Below are positions 46,596 to 58,110 of a stretch of DNA of 64,000 nt, piece by piece. The DNA lies in contig CANKAJ010000001.1 in assembly GCA_947479645.1 (NCBI GenBank), positions 10,009 through 74,008 on the forward strand, in the 5' to 3' direction. The stretch's first letter is position 1. Every line of letters begins with the position of its first letter. The stretch is from Betaproteobacteria bacterium. Its GTDB lineage: Bacteria; Pseudomonadota; Gammaproteobacteria; Burkholderiales; SG8-39. The translations under genes and the position numbers were made by a program. A model generated the notes under the pieces. The model made no database searches. It was not told the DNA's origin and worked only from the letters and a program-made list of their open reading frames with translations.

Positions 46596-47870
46596 TCAGA
46601 TATCAAGCAGTAGCCGTGCCGGATCTTCCAATGCATCTTTCATGGCCACCAATGCCAAGACTGCTTCGCGGCCATCGATAATACGGTGATCGTAGGACAA
46701 AGCCAGATAATTCATGGGTCGGATAACAATCTGTCCATTTTCAACCACTGGACGTTCTTTGGTGGCATGTACACCTAGAATTGCACTTTGTGGTGGATTA
46801 ATGATAGGAGTAGACAGCATTGAGCCGAAAATCCCGCCATTCGAGATTGAGAAAGTGCCTCCAGTCAAATCCTCGATTGATAACTTCCCGTCGAGGGCGC
46901 GCTTTCCAAAATCAGCAATCTTCTTTTCGATATCGGCAAGCGTAAGCTGATCTGCGTCTCGAACTATTGGTACTACAAGGCCACGTGGAGAGCCAACCGC
47001 CACACCGATATCAAAATAACCGTGATAGACAATATCATTCCCGTCAACGGATGAGTTGACGAGCGGATATTTTTTCAAGGAATGTACTGCAGCCTTAACA
47101 AAGAAAGACATGAATCCCAATTTGATGCCATGTTCTTTTTCAAAACGATCCTGATACTTCCTGCGCAAGTCGATGACGGGCTGCATATTTACTTCATTGA
47201 ATGTCGTTAAAATCGCAGCCGTTGATTGTGACTGTACCAAGCGCTCTGCAATGCGGGCGCGGAGTCTGGACATTGGTACACGTTGCTCAGGCCGGCCATT
47301 CAATAATTGTTCGACATCGACTGCTGATGGTGCGACCGGCAAGGTATTAGCCGCGGATTGCTGGTGTGCCGTTGAGGCGGTTGCTTTCGAGTCAGCGGCA
47401 GATTTCTGTACCGCGTCAATTACATCTGCTTTTGTAATACGACCATCCCGTCCCGAGCCTGCAAGTTTTGTTGGATCTACACCCTGCTCTTCCACCATTT
47501 TTCGTGCCGACGGCATTAGTCGTGCATCTTTGCGTGCTTGGTCAGGAGTAGGGATTTTCGTTGGTGCCACACTGGCTGCGCCTGGTGTGATAGTAGACGG
47601 GGCTACATTTGAAGCTCCCGCTGTCGCCTTAGCCTCGGTGTCAATGGTAGCAATTACTTCAAGTGAAGCAACCGTACTACCATCTGGCTTGGCAATATTG
47701 ACGAGTACACCATCTACCGGCGAGGGTAACTCAAGGACTACTTTGTCGGTTTCAATGTCAATCAGATTTTCATCTCTGGCCACACTATCACCCACCTGTT
47801 TTCGCCAGGTAAGCAGGGTTGCCTCTGAGACTGACTCCGACAATTGCGGTACTTTTACTTCTACTAACAT
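46596..47870 (-). CDS. sucB: dihydrolipoyllysine-residue succinyltransferase (2-oxoglutarate dehydrogenase E2)
   Basis: N-terminal lipoyl domain ...IETDKVVLE..., Ala/Pro linker, E3-binding domain, and catalytic ...[16 protein letters not shown]. Confidence 0.95.
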   Translation of the reverse strand: MLVEVKVPQLSESVSEATLLTWRKQVGDSVARDENLIDIETDKVVLELPSPVDGVLVNIAKPDGSTVASLEVIATIDTEAKATAGASNVAPSTITPGAASVAPTKIPTPDQARKDARLMPSARKMVEEQGVDPTKLAGSGRDGRITKADVIDAVQKSAADSKATASTAHQQSAANTLPVAPSAVDVEQLLNGRPEQRVPMSRLRARIAERLVQSQSTAAILTTFNEVNMQPVIDLRRKYQDRFEKEHGIKLGFMSFFVKAAVHSLKKYPLVNSSVDGNDIVYHGYFDIGVAVGSPRGLVVPIVRDADQLTLADIEKKIADFGKRALDGKLSIEDLTGGTFSISNGGIFGSMLSTPIINPPQSAILGVHATKERPVVENGQIVIRPMNYLALSYDHRIIDGREAVLALVAMKDALEDPARLLLDI

Positions 47871-48025
47871 ATGTGCTCCGTTCGGTTTTTCGTGGGACAG
47901 GACTTGGCCCTCGTCGACACGTACTACAAAAACTCAGCGCGTATCGCGCCGGAACCTACTTTTTCTGCAGATACACCTTCTCAAACTGGTGACTGCAGCT
48001 CGGCCACGTAGGTCGAGTGGACTGG

Positions 48026-50869
48026 CTATTTCAATTTCCCAAGCGCTGTATCGACCACCAGTTTCTGGCGCTCGTTGTGCTTTGCAAGTGATCCCCCTGC
48101 TGGTGCGGCCGCTGAAGGGCGACTTGACACAAAAAGCTTCTGGTCAGCACGCATATTCTCAACGAGATAGTGGCGAGTTTGATACCAAGCGCCCTGATTC
48201 AGCGGTTCCTCCTGACACCAGACAACTTCCCTAGCATTGGAAAAACGCTTCATCTCCGCAGCAAACTGCTTATGCGGGAACGGATAGAGCTGCTCTACTC
48301 TGATGATTGCAACATTGTCGAGCCGTCTTTCACGTCTGGCGACCAGCAAGTCATAGAAAATTTTCCCTGAACATGCAACAACTCGCGTTACCTCCTTGGG
48401 TTCTAGATTGTCAATTTCTCCGATGACCGTCTTGAATTCCCCTTTTGCCAGTTCCTTGAGTGACGAAACTGCTTCGGGCTTTCGCAACAACGACTTGGGA
48501 GTCATCACCACAAGTGGCTTGCGGAAGTGACGAACCATTTGCCTTCGCAGAAGATGATATATCTGTGCCGGTGTCGAGGGGACGCAAACCTGAATATTGT
48601 GTTCCGCGCATAGCTGAAGGTAGCGCTCCAGTCTTGCCGAACTATGTTCTGGTCCTTGTCCTTCATAGCCATGCGGTAGCAACATGACCAAGCCACACAC
48701 GCGCCCCCATTTGGCTTCCCCGGAAGAAATAAACTGGTCTATCACCACCTGGGCGCCATTTGCAAAATCGCCAAACTGCGCTTCCCAGACAGTTAACTCG
48801 TTAGGTTCTGCACAGGAATATCCATACTCAAAGCCCAGTACCGCCTCCTCAGACAGAACGGAGTCGATAACAACAAAGTCGCTTTGCTTTTCCGCAAGGT
48901 TCTGCAGCGGGATATGAATTCCTGCGTCCCATTTCTCGCGGTTTTGATCATGGAACACCGAGTGTCTATGAGCAAAAGTCCCCCGTCCGGAATCCTGTCC
49001 GGATAGGCGAACACCATATCCACCGACCAACAATGTCGCGTAGGCAAGATTCTCTGCCATACCCCAGTCAAGCATCTTCTTTCCTTGAGCCATCTCGCGT
49101 CTGGCTTGATTCACGCGCTCGACTGTTGGATGAAGCTTAAATCCAGCTGGGATTGTGGTCAGCCGTTCTCCCAATCTCTGCAAATCTGAAAGCGGCACCG
49201 AAGTGTCTGCTTGATCGGTCCATTTCGCATTTGTGAATAGAGACCAGTCAATGGCGTGTTGGCGCTGGAAACTGGACAATACAGGACTTGAAGTGGAGCG
49301 TCCTTCATCAAGTGCTTGACGATAACTCTTGATCAGTTGATTGGGCTCATCCTCTGTGATCAGTCCTTGTGCCAGCAACTTATCTGCATACAGCTTTCGT
49401 GTGCCTGGGTGTTGAGCGATCTTCTTGTACATGAGCGGCTGTGTAACGAATGGCTCATCCTGTTCATTGTGGCCAAGCTTGCGAAAACATACCAAGTCAA
49501 CAATGATGTCGACTTTAAATTCCCTGCGGAAATCCATTGCGAGTTGGCATACAAAAAGCGACGCTTCGGGATCGTCAGCATTCACATGAAGAATTGGAGC
49601 TTCCACCATTTTTGCGACATCTGTGCAATACATCGTCGATCGCGAATCTCGTGGGTCAGAAGTTGTAAATCCAATCTGATTATTGACGACTATATGTACA
49701 GTACCGCCTGTGGAATAACCTCGTGTTTGGGATAAATTCAGGGTCTCCATCACGACACCCTGTCCGGCGAAGGAAGCATCGCCATGCAATAGAAGTGACA
49801 CGACTTTTTCGCCAGCTTTGTCCTTGCGACGATGCTGACGGGCGCGCGCCATGCCCTCTACAACCGGGTTTACTATCTCTAGATGCGATGGGTTGAATGC
49901 AAGCGACAGGTGGATTGGGCCACCAGCGGTGGATATATCAGATGAGAAGCCATTGTGGTATTTCACATCTCCGGTTGATACCAGTGCTTCCCCGGTTTTC
50001 TTGCCCTCAAACTCTGAAAACAATTCTTTTGGTGATTTCCCCACTGTATTCACGAGCACGTTCAGGCGTCCTCGATGAGCCATACCAACCACTAGTTCTT
50101 CTACGCCTTGGCTTCCAGCGCGCTGAACGATATCGTCCATGCACGGTATTAACGTTTCCCCTCCTTCTAGGGAAAAACGCTTCTGTCCTACATAGCGCGT
50201 ATGCAGATATTTCTCGAGTGTTTCGGCAGCAGTAAGTCGCTCCAGAATACGTCGTTTTACCTCCGGCGAGAAATTAGGCCGTGAACGTACGGACTCCAAT
50301 CTCTGTTGAATCCAGCGCTTTTGACTCATATCACTGATGTACATGTACTCAGCACCGATGGAGCCACAGTACGTCTCACGAAGCGATTGCAGAATTCCCC
50401 GAAGAGTGGCGCGCTCCGGGCCAACCAGAGTACCTGTATTGAAGACCAGATCCATGTCTGACTCGGTTAGATCATAGAATGCAGGTTCCAGTTCTGGAAT
50501 GTTGGGACGTTGTTGCCTTTTGAGAGGATCCAATTCTGCCCATCGACACCCCATGGTGCGATAGGCTGCAATCAGCAGTAGAACATATACCTGCTTTCGC
50601 TCCACGCCGAGTTCAGTGGGGGGGACCGATGAGCGCAGCATGCCATGTTTGGCTCGCTGCGCAAATGACGCGACGATCGGAGCATGAGCTACATCGGGAC
50701 CGCCGACTGCGCTATTCCCGGGAAGCAGCTGGATCTTGTCGAAATACTCTCGCCACTGTTCGGGAATTGACTGTGGATTATCCAGATAGGACTCGTAGAG
50801 CTCCTCAACAAAGGGCGCATTAGCCCCAAACAAGTGGGAGTTCGCCTGAAACTGCTTCATTGCACTCAT
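48026..50869 (-). CDS. sucA: 2-oxoglutarate dehydrogenase E1 component
   Basis: 947 aa. MSAMKQFQANSHLFGANAPFVEELYE..., ...MAHRGRLNVL..., ...HGDASFAGQGVV.E.... Confidence 0.97.
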   Translation of the reverse strand: MSAMKQFQANSHLFGANAPFVEELYESYLDNPQSIPEQWREYFDKIQLLPGNSAVGGPDVAHAPIVASFAQRAKHGMLRSSVPPTELGVERKQVYVLLLIAAYRTMGCRWAELDPLKRQQRPNIPELEPAFYDLTESDMDLVFNTGTLVGPERATLRGILQSLRETYCGSIGAEYMYISDMSQKRWIQQRLESVRSRPNFSPEVKRRILERLTAAETLEKYLHTRYVGQKRFSLEGGETLIPCMDDIVQRAGSQGVEELVVGMAHRGRLNVLVNTVGKSPKELFSEFEGKKTGEALVSTGDVKYHNGFSSDISTAGGPIHLSLAFNPSHLEIVNPVVEGMARARQHRRKDKAGEKVVSLLLHGDASFAGQGVVMETLNLSQTRGYSTGGTVHIVVNNQIGFTTSDPRDSRSTMYCTDVAKMVEAPILHVNADDPEASLFVCQLAMDFRREFKVDIIVDLVCFRKLGHNEQDEPFVTQPLMYKKIAQHPGTRKLYADKLLAQGLITEDEPNQLIKSYRQALDEGRSTSSPVLSSFQRQHAIDWSLFTNAKWTDQADTSVPLSDLQRLGERLTTIPAGFKLHPTVERVNQARREMAQGKKMLDWGMAENLAYATLLVGGYGVRLSGQDSGRGTFAHRHSVFHDQNREKWDAGIHIPLQNLAEKQSDFVVIDSVLSEEAVLGFEYGYSCAEPNELTVWEAQFGDFANGAQVVIDQFISSGEAKWGRVCGLVMLLPHGYEGQGPEHSSARLERYLQLCAEHNIQVCVPSTPAQIYHLLRRQMVRHFRKPLVVMTPKSLLRKPEAVSSLKELAKGEFKTVIGEIDNLEPKEVTRVVACSGKIFYDLLVARRERRLDNVAIIRVEQLYPFPHKQFAAEMKRFSNAREVVWCQEEPLNQGAWYQTRHYLVENMRADQKLFVSSRPSAAAPAGGSLAKHNERQKLVVDTALGKLK

Positions 50870-50929
50870 TTCAAATCCCGTAATAACCCTACCTGCGGCC
50901 GCTCATTAGACGAACCCAAATCTGCGAGA

Positions 50930-52228
50930 TTAATTTCGCTGATCAATAGGGACCAGATCGCGCCTGGTTGCCCCTGAGTACAGTTGGCGGGGACGCGCAA
51001 TTTTGCTATCAGGGTCGGCAATCATTTCGCTCCATTGGGCTATCCATCCTACGGTTCTTGCCAATGTAAAGATGCAAGTAAACATGGCCGTTGGAATTCC
51101 TAACGCTCGTTGCACTATACCCGAGTAGAAATCAACGTTTGGATAAAGTTTGCGAGATACAAAGTAATCATCCTCCAACGCAATCTTTTCCAACGCCATT
51201 GCGAGTTTGAAGAGGCGATCGTCGTGAAGGCCCAATTCATTCAAAACCTCATGGCAGGTTTCATGCATGAGTTTTGCACGCGGATCGTAGTTTTTGTAAA
51301 CGCGATGACCAAAGCCCATCAACATTGCATGGTCTTTTTTATCCTTGACCTTCTTGATGAACTCACCAACCTTAGAGGCATCACCAATGCTTTCCAGCAT
51401 GTTAAGACACGCTTCATTCGCACCACCATGTGCAGGCCCCCAGAGGCTTGCAATTCCGGCAGCGATACAGGCAAACGGGTTCGCACCCGAAGAACCAGCG
51501 GAGCGGACGGTTGCTGTTGAGGCATTTTGTTCGTGATCTGCATGCAGAATGAAGATGCGATCCATCGCCCTCACAAGTACATCATTGAGTTTGTACTCTT
51601 CTGCAGGAACTGCAAACATCATACGCATGAAATTTTGCGTATATGACAAGTCATTGCGAGGGTAAATGAACGGTTGACCAATTGAATATTTGTACGCCAT
51701 CGCAACGATAGTCGGTAACTTGGCTATCAACCGGAACGCGGATATTGTGCGGTGTTCCGGATTCTGGATATCCAAGGAATCATGGTAAAAAGCTGCCAGC
51801 GCTCCAACGACACCACAAATAACGGCCATCGGGTGTGCATCACGTCTGAAACCAGTAAAGAATCGGTTCAGTTGATCATGAACCATCGTATGCCGCATGA
51901 CGATATTGACGAATTCGTCCTTCTGCTTAGAATTTGGCAATTCGGCATTAAGCAACAAATAGCAGACTTCAAGAAAATCACAGTTATTTGCAATTTGCTC
52001 AATGGGGTATCCGCGATAAAACAGTTCTCCGACGTCCCCGTCAATATAAGTAATTCCTGACCGGCAATGCGCTGTGGACATGAATCCCGGATCATAAGTA
52101 AACATCCCCGTCTTGCCATATAGGGATCGGATATCAATAACATCTGATCCAATGGTGCCAGACATGATGGGGAACTCTGCCGACTTCCCTTCTCCCCAGT
52201 TCAGAACTGCCTTCTTGCTGGAACTCAT
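50930..52228 (-). CDS. gltA: type II citrate synthase
   Basis: 432 aa. ...[14 protein letters not shown]-like [25 protein letters not shown]..., ...[14 protein letters not shown].... Confidence 0.97.
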   Translation of the reverse strand: MSSSKKAVLNWGEGKSAEFPIMSGTIGSDVIDIRSLYGKTGMFTYDPGFMSTAHCRSGITYIDGDVGELFYRGYPIEQIANNCDFLEVCYLLLNAELPNSKQKDEFVNIVMRHTMVHDQLNRFFTGFRRDAHPMAVICGVVGALAAFYHDSLDIQNPEHRTISAFRLIAKLPTIVAMAYKYSIGQPFIYPRNDLSYTQNFMRMMFAVPAEEYKLNDVLVRAMDRIFILHADHEQNASTATVRSAGSSGANPFACIAAGIASLWGPAHGGANEACLNMLESIGDASKVGEFIKKVKDKKDHAMLMGFGHRVYKNYDPRAKLMHETCHEVLNELGLHDDRLFKLAMALEKIALEDDYFVSRKLYPNVDFYSGIVQRALGIPTAMFTCIFTLARTVGWIAQWSEMIADPDSKIARPRQLYSGATRRDLVPIDQRN

Positions 52229-52262
52229 GTTTCTCTCCTAAAAATTGCCGTCATTTTGCCAA

Positions 52263-52529
52263 TCAGCACGTCCGTAGCAACGTCACAATTTCCCTTACCA
52301 CCGGATTCGCGTCCGGCAGACATTCCACCCGCCCACTCAAAATATCCCACAACTCATTGTCGTCCATGGACAACAAACTTTTGAACGTCTCTAACCCTTC
52401 CGACGACAAACTATTTACGTGCCTATCAAGGAAACGCTCAAGGATTAGATCATTTTCCAACAAGCCCCGGCGACATTGCCAACGCAAGCGACTCATCTCA
52501 AGAGAAGTCAGACTCATACTCAGAAGCAA
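52263..52529 (-). CDS. sdhE: succinate dehydrogenase FAD-assembly factor SdhE
   Basis: 88 aa with ...RLRWQCRRGLLENDLILERF... (RGxxE motif). Located between sdhB and gltA. Confidence 0.85.
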   Translation of the reverse strand: MLLSMSLTSLEMSRLRWQCRRGLLENDLILERFLDRHVNSLSSEGLETFKSLLSMDDNELWDILSGRVECLPDANPVVREIVTLLRTC

Positions 52530-52536
52530 CTGTAGT

Positions 52537-53232
52537 TCAAACTGTACGCTTCACCATCAAGTCCTTAATCTTACCGATGGCTTCGGTTGGATTGAGACCT
52601 TTAGGACAAACATCGACACAATTCATGATTGAATGACAGCGAAATAAGCGATAAGGGTCTTCAAGATTGTCCAAGCGTTCGTTGATGGCCTGATCGCGAC
52701 TGTCTGCGATAAACCGATACGCCTGCAATAAGCCAGCCGGCCCCACAAATTTGTCTGGATTCCACCAGAAAGAGGGACACGACGTAGAGCAGCATGCACA
52801 TAGTATGCATTCGTACAACCCATTCAACTCCTCACGGTCTTCCGGACTTTGAAGTCGTTCTCGCTCGGGCGGTCGATCATTGTTGATCAGATAAGGCTTT
52901 ATTGAATGGTATTGCTTGAAAAACTGAGTCATATCCACAATCAGATCACGGATAACCGGCAGTCCTGGAAGTGGGCGGAGTTCAATGGGCTGTTTCAGGT
53001 CAGCGACCTTCGTTACACAGGCCAACCCATTCTTGCCATTGATATTCATCGCATCCGAGCCGCATACTCCTTCACGGCAGGAACGGCGCAGCGAAAGAGT
53101 GTCATCCTGCTCCTTTATCCGCACCAGTGCGTCAAGAAGCATCTGATCAGTCGGCTCCAACTCGACGTCATAGTCCTGCATGTAGGGCTTTGCGTCCTTG
53201 TCAGGATCATAACGATAAACTCTAAAATGCAT
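52537..53232 (-). CDS. sdhB: succinate dehydrogenase iron-sulfur subunit
   Basis: ATG 53232 (MHFRVYRYDPDKD...) is preceded by GGAG. Cys clusters CREGVCGSDAMNINGKNGLAC, CILCACCSTSCP and CHSIMNCVDVCP. Confidence 0.95.
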   Translation of the reverse strand: MHFRVYRYDPDKDAKPYMQDYDVELEPTDQMLLDALVRIKEQDDTLSLRRSCREGVCGSDAMNINGKNGLACVTKVADLKQPIELRPLPGLPVIRDLIVDMTQFFKQYHSIKPYLINNDRPPERERLQSPEDREELNGLYECILCACCSTSCPSFWWNPDKFVGPAGLLQAYRFIADSRDQAINERLDNLEDPYRLFRCHSIMNCVDVCPKGLNPTEAIGKIKDLMVKRTV

Positions 53233-53268
53233 ATTTACTCCGCAGTTTAAGCACGGCAAACACCGTGA

Positions 53269-55032
53269 CTAATAGGTTCGCACCTTTGGTTCGATACTTT
53301 CGGCACTAAGTGGTTTTAGATTAACCGGTTTGTACTCCAGTCGATCATCCTCCTTGTACCACAACGTGTGCTTTAGCCAATTTACATCATCACGACCAGG
53401 ATAATCAGAACGATCATGTGCTCCGCGTGACTCCTTACGAGCATCCGCTGACACCATAGTTGAGCGTGCGACCTCAATCTGGTTATCAAGTTCAAGCGCT
53501 TCAATTCGCGCAGTATTGAAGACCTTAGATTTGTCTTTGATCTCCGTCCTTGTAACGCGATCTGCCACTTCGCGAATCTTCTTGACCCCATCTGCAAGCG
53601 TATCAGGAAATCGAAAAACTCCGCAGTGCAGTTGCATTACTCGGCGCATATCTTTGGCTACCTCAGCATAGCCTTCACCACCTTTTTGATTTTCAATACG
53701 CGCAAGCCGAGACATCGTAATATCCTCCGCGTCCTTTGGCAGATCCTTGTGCCCAGGATTTTCCTTGAGAAACTTCAAGATTGAATTCCCGGACGCCTTA
53801 CCAAAAACCAGCAGATCAGTAAGCGAATTGGTTCCCAAGCGGTTTGCTCCATGCACAGATGCGCATCCGCATTCCCCAGCGGCATAAAAACCGGGTACTA
53901 GTGCATTTGAATTTCCGCCCTCAGGCGCAATAACCTCACCATGATAATTTGTAGGAATTCCGCCCATTTGATAATGCACAGTCGGAACCACAGGGATAGG
54001 GTCCTTGATCGGATCGACATTCGCAAATTTTTTGGCGATTTCCCTGATTCCAGGCAGTCTCTTATCGATAACTTCCGGTCCAAGATGATCCAATTTCAGA
54101 AGCACGCAATCGCCATCCTTACCAGCACCGCGTCCTTCCTTAATTTCCGTGGCCATGGCCCTGGAAACCACATCACGGCTTGCCAGATCCTTTAGATTTG
54201 GAGCGTAACGCTCCATAAACCGCTCGCCGTTCTTGTTTAACAGGTAACCACCTTCACCACGCACACCCTCGGTAATCAAGACGCCGGCGCCAGCTACTCC
54301 TGTGGGATGAAACTGCCAGAACTCCATGTCTTCAAGGGGAATCCCGGCACGTGCAGCCATACCTAGGCCGTCGCCTGTATTGATAAATGCATTAGTAGTG
54401 GATGAAAAAATACGCCCTGCACCACCGGTTGCAAACAAAGTTGCACGCGAATGAAATATCGTTGTTTCGCCAGTCTCCATCTCAAGCGCAGTTACTCCAA
54501 GTACTTGGCCACTGGGATCGCGGATCAAATCCAAGGCCATCCATTCAATGAAGAATTGCGTATTGGCCCTGATATTCCTTTGATACAAGGTGTGCAACAT
54601 GGCGTGGCCGGTACGGTCTGCCGCGCAACATGAACGCTGTACAGGCTTTTCGCCGAAATTCATTGAATGCCCGCCGAATGGGCGCTGGTATATGGTGCCG
54701 TCATCATTACGGTCAAATGGCATTCCATAATGTTCAAGTTCAACAACCACTTCCGGCGCTGCCCTTACCATGTACTCAATCGCATCTTGATCACCTAGCC
54801 AGTCTGATCCTTTGACTGTGTCGTACATGTGCCATAACCAGTGATCCTCTCCCATATTTCCGAGTGACGCTCCTACCCCCCCCTGCGCAGCCACGGTATG
54901 TGAACGCGTCGGAAACACCTTCGACAGCACCGCACACCTCAAACCCGCCTCGGACAACTGTAGCGCTGCACGTAATCCCGCGCCCCCTGCTCCCACAACA
55001 ATCGCGTCGAATTTTCTTACGGCAGTTCTCAC
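53269..55032 (-). CDS. sdhA: succinate dehydrogenase flavoprotein subunit
   Basis: The track ORF extends to 55170 across sdhD. GTG 55032, 1 nt after the sdhD stop, gives [24 protein letters not shown]... (587 aa). The ...[10 protein letters not shown]... FAD-attachment His is present. Confidence 0.97.
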   Translation of the reverse strand: MRTAVRKFDAIVVGAGGAGLRAALQLSEAGLRCAVLSKVFPTRSHTVAAQGGVGASLGNMGEDHWLWHMYDTVKGSDWLGDQDAIEYMVRAAPEVVVELEHYGMPFDRNDDGTIYQRPFGGHSMNFGEKPVQRSCCAADRTGHAMLHTLYQRNIRANTQFFIEWMALDLIRDPSGQVLGVTALEMETGETTIFHSRATLFATGGAGRIFSSTTNAFINTGDGLGMAARAGIPLEDMEFWQFHPTGVAGAGVLITEGVRGEGGYLLNKNGERFMERYAPNLKDLASRDVVSRAMATEIKEGRGAGKDGDCVLLKLDHLGPEVIDKRLPGIREIAKKFANVDPIKDPIPVVPTVHYQMGGIPTNYHGEVIAPEGGNSNALVPGFYAAGECGCASVHGANRLGTNSLTDLLVFGKASGNSILKFLKENPGHKDLPKDAEDITMSRLARIENQKGGEGYAEVAKDMRRVMQLHCGVFRFPDTLADGVKKIREVADRVTRTEIKDKSKVFNTARIEALELDNQIEVARSTMVSADARKESRGAHDRSDYPGRDDVNWLKHTLWYKEDDRLEYKPVNLKPLSAESIEPKVRTY

Positions 55033-55033
55033 G

Positions 55034-55381
55034 TCACACTCTCCAAAGTATCTGCATTGCCCACCCAGTGCAGCCCACCAACCAGAGGATAGTTCCCACC
55101 TGAAGAGTAAGGCGCAGACCCGTACTTTTGATGTAATCCATCCAGATGTCCCGCATCCCGACCCAAGCATGAACCATAATGCTCAACAAAAATAAGAACG
55201 TCATAAAGCGCATCCAACCCGGAGTAAATAAGCCTCTCCAAGTTTCGTAATTCAATTGCGGGAGCATGAGGACTTTAACCACAAACACCAACGAATAGAC
55301 GGCCATGACCACCGCAGACACGCGCTGTGCAAGCCACGCTGTCAGCCCATAATGGGCACCAACGACTACGCGATTCACCAT
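55034..55381 (-). CDS. sdhD: succinate dehydrogenase membrane anchor subunit
   Basis: 115 aa, three hydrophobic helices. Overlaps the sdhC end by 7 nt and precedes sdhA. Confidence 0.85.
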   Translation of the reverse strand: MVNRVVVGAHYGLTAWLAQRVSAVVMAVYSLVFVVKVLMLPQLNYETWRGLFTPGWMRFMTFLFLLSIMVHAWVGMRDIWMDYIKSTGLRLTLQVGTILWLVGCTGWAMQILWRV

Positions 55382-55764
55382 ATTTTCACTCCCAATATGA
55401 GCGTCAAAAGTCCACTCACAATGAATACGGCATATGCCGTGGCGCGCGCTGAAGACAAATTAATTCCTTTGCCCAGATCCAGAAACAAAAATCGAATACC
55501 AGCGCAAAAATGGTGCAGAAAAGACCACATGAAGCCAAGAGCAACCAGTTTGACAAGTGGATGGGAAAGCCCCCCTCTAATCTGGCCGAAATCGACTTCA
55601 GATTTCAAACTACCATCCAGGCAATAGAGAAGTCCAATTATTGCCAAGGTAAGAAGCAACCCACTAATTCGATGAAAGATCGAAACTATCCCGGGGACCG
55701 GGAGGTTTAACAAATTAATGTTGTACCAGATGGGCCTTGGTTTTCGTACTGTCAGTTCGGGCAT
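55375..55764 (-). CDS. sdhC: succinate dehydrogenase cytochrome b556 subunit
   Basis: 129 aa. ...RPIWYNINL...SIFHRISG... (heme-ligand His region). First gene of sdhCDAB. Confidence 0.85.
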   Translation of the reverse strand: MPELTVRKPRPIWYNINLLNLPVPGIVSIFHRISGLLLTLAIIGLLYCLDGSLKSEVDFGQIRGGLSHPLVKLVALGFMWSFLHHFCAGIRFLFLDLGKGINLSSARATAYAVFIVSGLLTLILGVKIW

Positions 55765-55952
55765 GTGGCTATATCCAACGTGCGAAAGTCTAAAGGGACC
55801 GGTCGATGACCGGGATGGGTTTAATTAACGCTTACCGGATTATGAAAGATTATATCAGCGTTCTAATTCAAGTTGTCCGACGCGGATGTCCAGAAAATGT
55901 CGCGCACATCTAGTGTGTGCATAATTTGATATGCATTCAACGCCACTACAAT

Positions 55953-56705
55953 TCATGCGAGGGTATTCGAATAGTAATGTCGATCGGTCCGGTACAGTCC
56001 TCGACGGAACTCTACGGCACGATCCCCATAGGTATAAGTAACACGATCGACGCAAAGTAAGGGTGTCCCAATATCCACCTTCAACAATTCGCTGGCGATA
56101 GCATCTGCCGGAATTGCACGAATTTGTTCATCTGCTCGAATCATACGGGTTCCGAACTCTGCTTCAAACAAGTTATACAGAGAACCTTGTGATCCACTTA
56201 TCCTGGCTGCCGTTAAACCTTTGAAAATGTTTCCAGGCAACGATATTTCGTCCAGAACTGTCGGCACGCCATGAAATGACAGAATTCGCCGCAATAGAAC
56301 TACACCCTCGCCTGGCTTAAGCTCTAGAATTCTCGCGATTTCCACCGGCGCACGCCCACGCCTACAGTCAAGCAGGTGCATTTGCGGGTAGTCTTGCTTC
56401 CCTTCCATTGGGCGCAGACGCAAGAAGCGAAAATGCGCATGTGGCTCTTTGTGGGTCGCAACAAAGGTTCCCTTGCCTTGGCGACGCACTAGCAGATTTT
56501 CTGCTGAAAGTTCGTCAATGGCCTTACGGACTGTGCCCTGACTAACCTTGAATCGTGAGGCCAGACCGAGTTCACTTGGAATGGCCTCGCCAGGGCGCCA
56601 CTCCCCTAACTCAAGGCTCGTCAACAACAAAGCCTTTATCTGTCGGTAAAGGGGAGAAAAAGTGGCAGATGCGTTATTGCTGATGTTCCTAGCTTGTGGT
56701 TTCAT
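55953..56705 (-). CDS. GntR-family (HutC/UTRA subfamily) transcriptional regulator
   Basis: ATG 56705 is preferred over the track's TTG 56720. wHTH ...PLYRQIKALLLTSLELGEWRPGEAIPSELGLASRFKVSQGTVRKAIDELSAENLLVRRQGKGTFV, followed by a UTRA-like domain. Confidence 0.85.
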   Translation of the reverse strand: MKPQARNISNNASATFSPLYRQIKALLLTSLELGEWRPGEAIPSELGLASRFKVSQGTVRKAIDELSAENLLVRRQGKGTFVATHKEPHAHFRFLRLRPMEGKQDYPQMHLLDCRRGRAPVEIARILELKPGEGVVLLRRILSFHGVPTVLDEISLPGNIFKGLTAARISGSQGSLYNLFEAEFGTRMIRADEQIRAIPADAIASELLKVDIGTPLLCVDRVTYTYGDRAVEFRRGLYRTDRHYYSNTLA

Positions 56706-56986
56706 AAGCGTGATCGGCAAGATGATCTTCCCATTCAGTCTATCCTATATCTTATATATGATATCTGTTAACGATTGACACCTCAGAAACGAGTCCCTAA
56801 ACTCGATTGGGAGTTACGTCGCAAAATCGCTGACACTCGATAAGAATTAACGCGCATTGTTGGACTCAAAATCAAGACTAAACATCCAAGCCAAGACTTT
56901 TGAAAGATGAAAGTGATCTCTAGCTAGGGAACTATCATCTAACACGAAACCTAAATCTCTTTTGAACAGGAAACCAAGGAGTTTTT

Positions 56987-57973
56987 ATGACGAAACCAGC
57001 CGTTCGAATCGCAGTGACCGGCGCCGCCGGACAAATTGGATACAGCTTATTGTTTCGCATCGCCGCCGGCGAAATGCTTGGGAATGATCAGCCTGTAATC
57101 CTCCAGTTACTTGAAATCCCCGATGAGAGAGCGCAAGCGGCTTTGAAGGGGGTAATAATGGAGTTGGAAGATTGTGCGTTCCCGCTACTTGCGGGAGTTA
57201 TTCCAACTGCCGATCCAAATGTGGCGTTTAAGGATGTTGATTTTGCGATGTTGGTTGGTGCGCGACCACGGACAAAAGGAATGGAACGCAAGGATCTGCT
57301 GGAGGCTAATGGTGCAATTTTTACCGTTCAGGGCAAAGCCTTGAACGCTGTTGCCAAGCGTTCAGTCAAAGTTCTGGTAGTAGGAAACCCGGCCAATACT
57401 AATGCCTACATTGCGATGAAAAGTGCGCCAGAAATACCACGCGACAACTTCACTGCGATGCTGCGCCTTGACCACAATCGCGCATTGTCACAATTGTCAA
57501 TTAAGACCGGTAAAGCAGTAGATTCGATAGAAAAAATGATTGTATGGGGCAATCATTCGCCGTCTATGTATCCTGATTATCGCTTTGCTACGATTGGCGG
57601 CGTTCCAGCCGTCAAAGTAGTAGATGACGAAAAATGGTATCAAGAAACGTTCATTTCTACAGTCGGAAAACGTGGCGCAGCCATTATTGAGGCTAGGGGT
57701 CTTTCCTCCGCTGCTTCAGCAGCCAACGCTGCTATTGGGCACATGCGCGACTGGACACTGGGTTCGAATGGTAAATGGGTCACTATGGGTGTCCCATCTG
57801 ATGGTTCTTATGGAATACCAGAGGACATCATTTATGGCGTTCCAGTCATTACTGCCGGTGGAAACTACAACCGAGTAGGCGGCCTAGAAATTGACGCTTT
57901 CAGTCGTGCAAAAATGGACTCTACCCTTCAGGAGTTACTTGAAGAGCGAGACGGCGTTAAGCATCTTCTTTAA
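56987..57973 (+). CDS. mdh: malate dehydrogenase (LDH-like, 328 aa class)
   Basis: AAGGAG upstream. [26 protein letters not shown]..., ...[15 protein letters not shown]..., ...WGNHS.... Confidence 0.97.
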   Translation: MTKPAVRIAVTGAAGQIGYSLLFRIAAGEMLGNDQPVILQLLEIPDERAQAALKGVIMELEDCAFPLLAGVIPTADPNVAFKDVDFAMLVGARPRTKGMERKDLLEANGAIFTVQGKALNAVAKRSVKVLVVGNPANTNAYIAMKSAPEIPRDNFTAMLRLDHNRALSQLSIKTGKAVDSIEKMIVWGNHSPSMYPDYRFATIGGVPAVKVVDDEKWYQETFISTVGKRGAAIIEARGLSSAASAANAAIGHMRDWTLGSNGKWVTMGVPSDGSYGIPEDIIYGVPVITAGGNYNRVGGLEIDAFSRAKMDSTLQELLEERDGVKHLL

Positions 57974-57996
57974 TAGTCTTTGTGCATCGGCATCAA

Positions 57997-58023
57997 GATA
58001 GATCCAGCAATGCTGGATCTATC
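57997..58023 (+). terminator. stem-loop downstream of mdh (possible terminator/attenuator)
   Basis: GATAGATCCAGC-aat-GCTGGATCTATC is a perfect 12-bp stem, 24 nt after the mdh stop. No U-tract follows, so terminator function is uncertain. Confidence 0.45.
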
Positions 58024-58110
58024 CTTATCAAACGCCCTGAAGTGCCATTTCATAAACATTTTTAGCCCGGTAATCAACATACTGCGCTGACTCCCAAGGA
58101 GTTCTGTCTG

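Noticed and set aside
47173-48234. 353-aa plus-strand ORF antisense to sucB/sucA. Similar long antisense or alternative-frame ORFs occur at 6906-7838, 23782-24645, 4549-5394, 4078-4899, 21531-22061 and 9243-9797.
   Set aside because: Each lies entirely inside a gene with strong family signatures on the other strand or frame. Their translations are low-complexity (Ser/Ala/Arg/Pro-rich) with no motifs. This is typical of stop-codon-poor antisense frames in GC-rich coding DNA.
53269-55170. 633-aa extended sdhA ORF; also the 522-aa prpD, 444-aa ACAD, 519-aa J-protein and 346/347-aa Bug maximal ORFs
   Set aside because: The 5' extensions overlap upstream genes or lack homology-like sequence. Internal starts that restore canonical N-termini, usually with an RBS, were preferred. 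The J-protein start remains unresolved.
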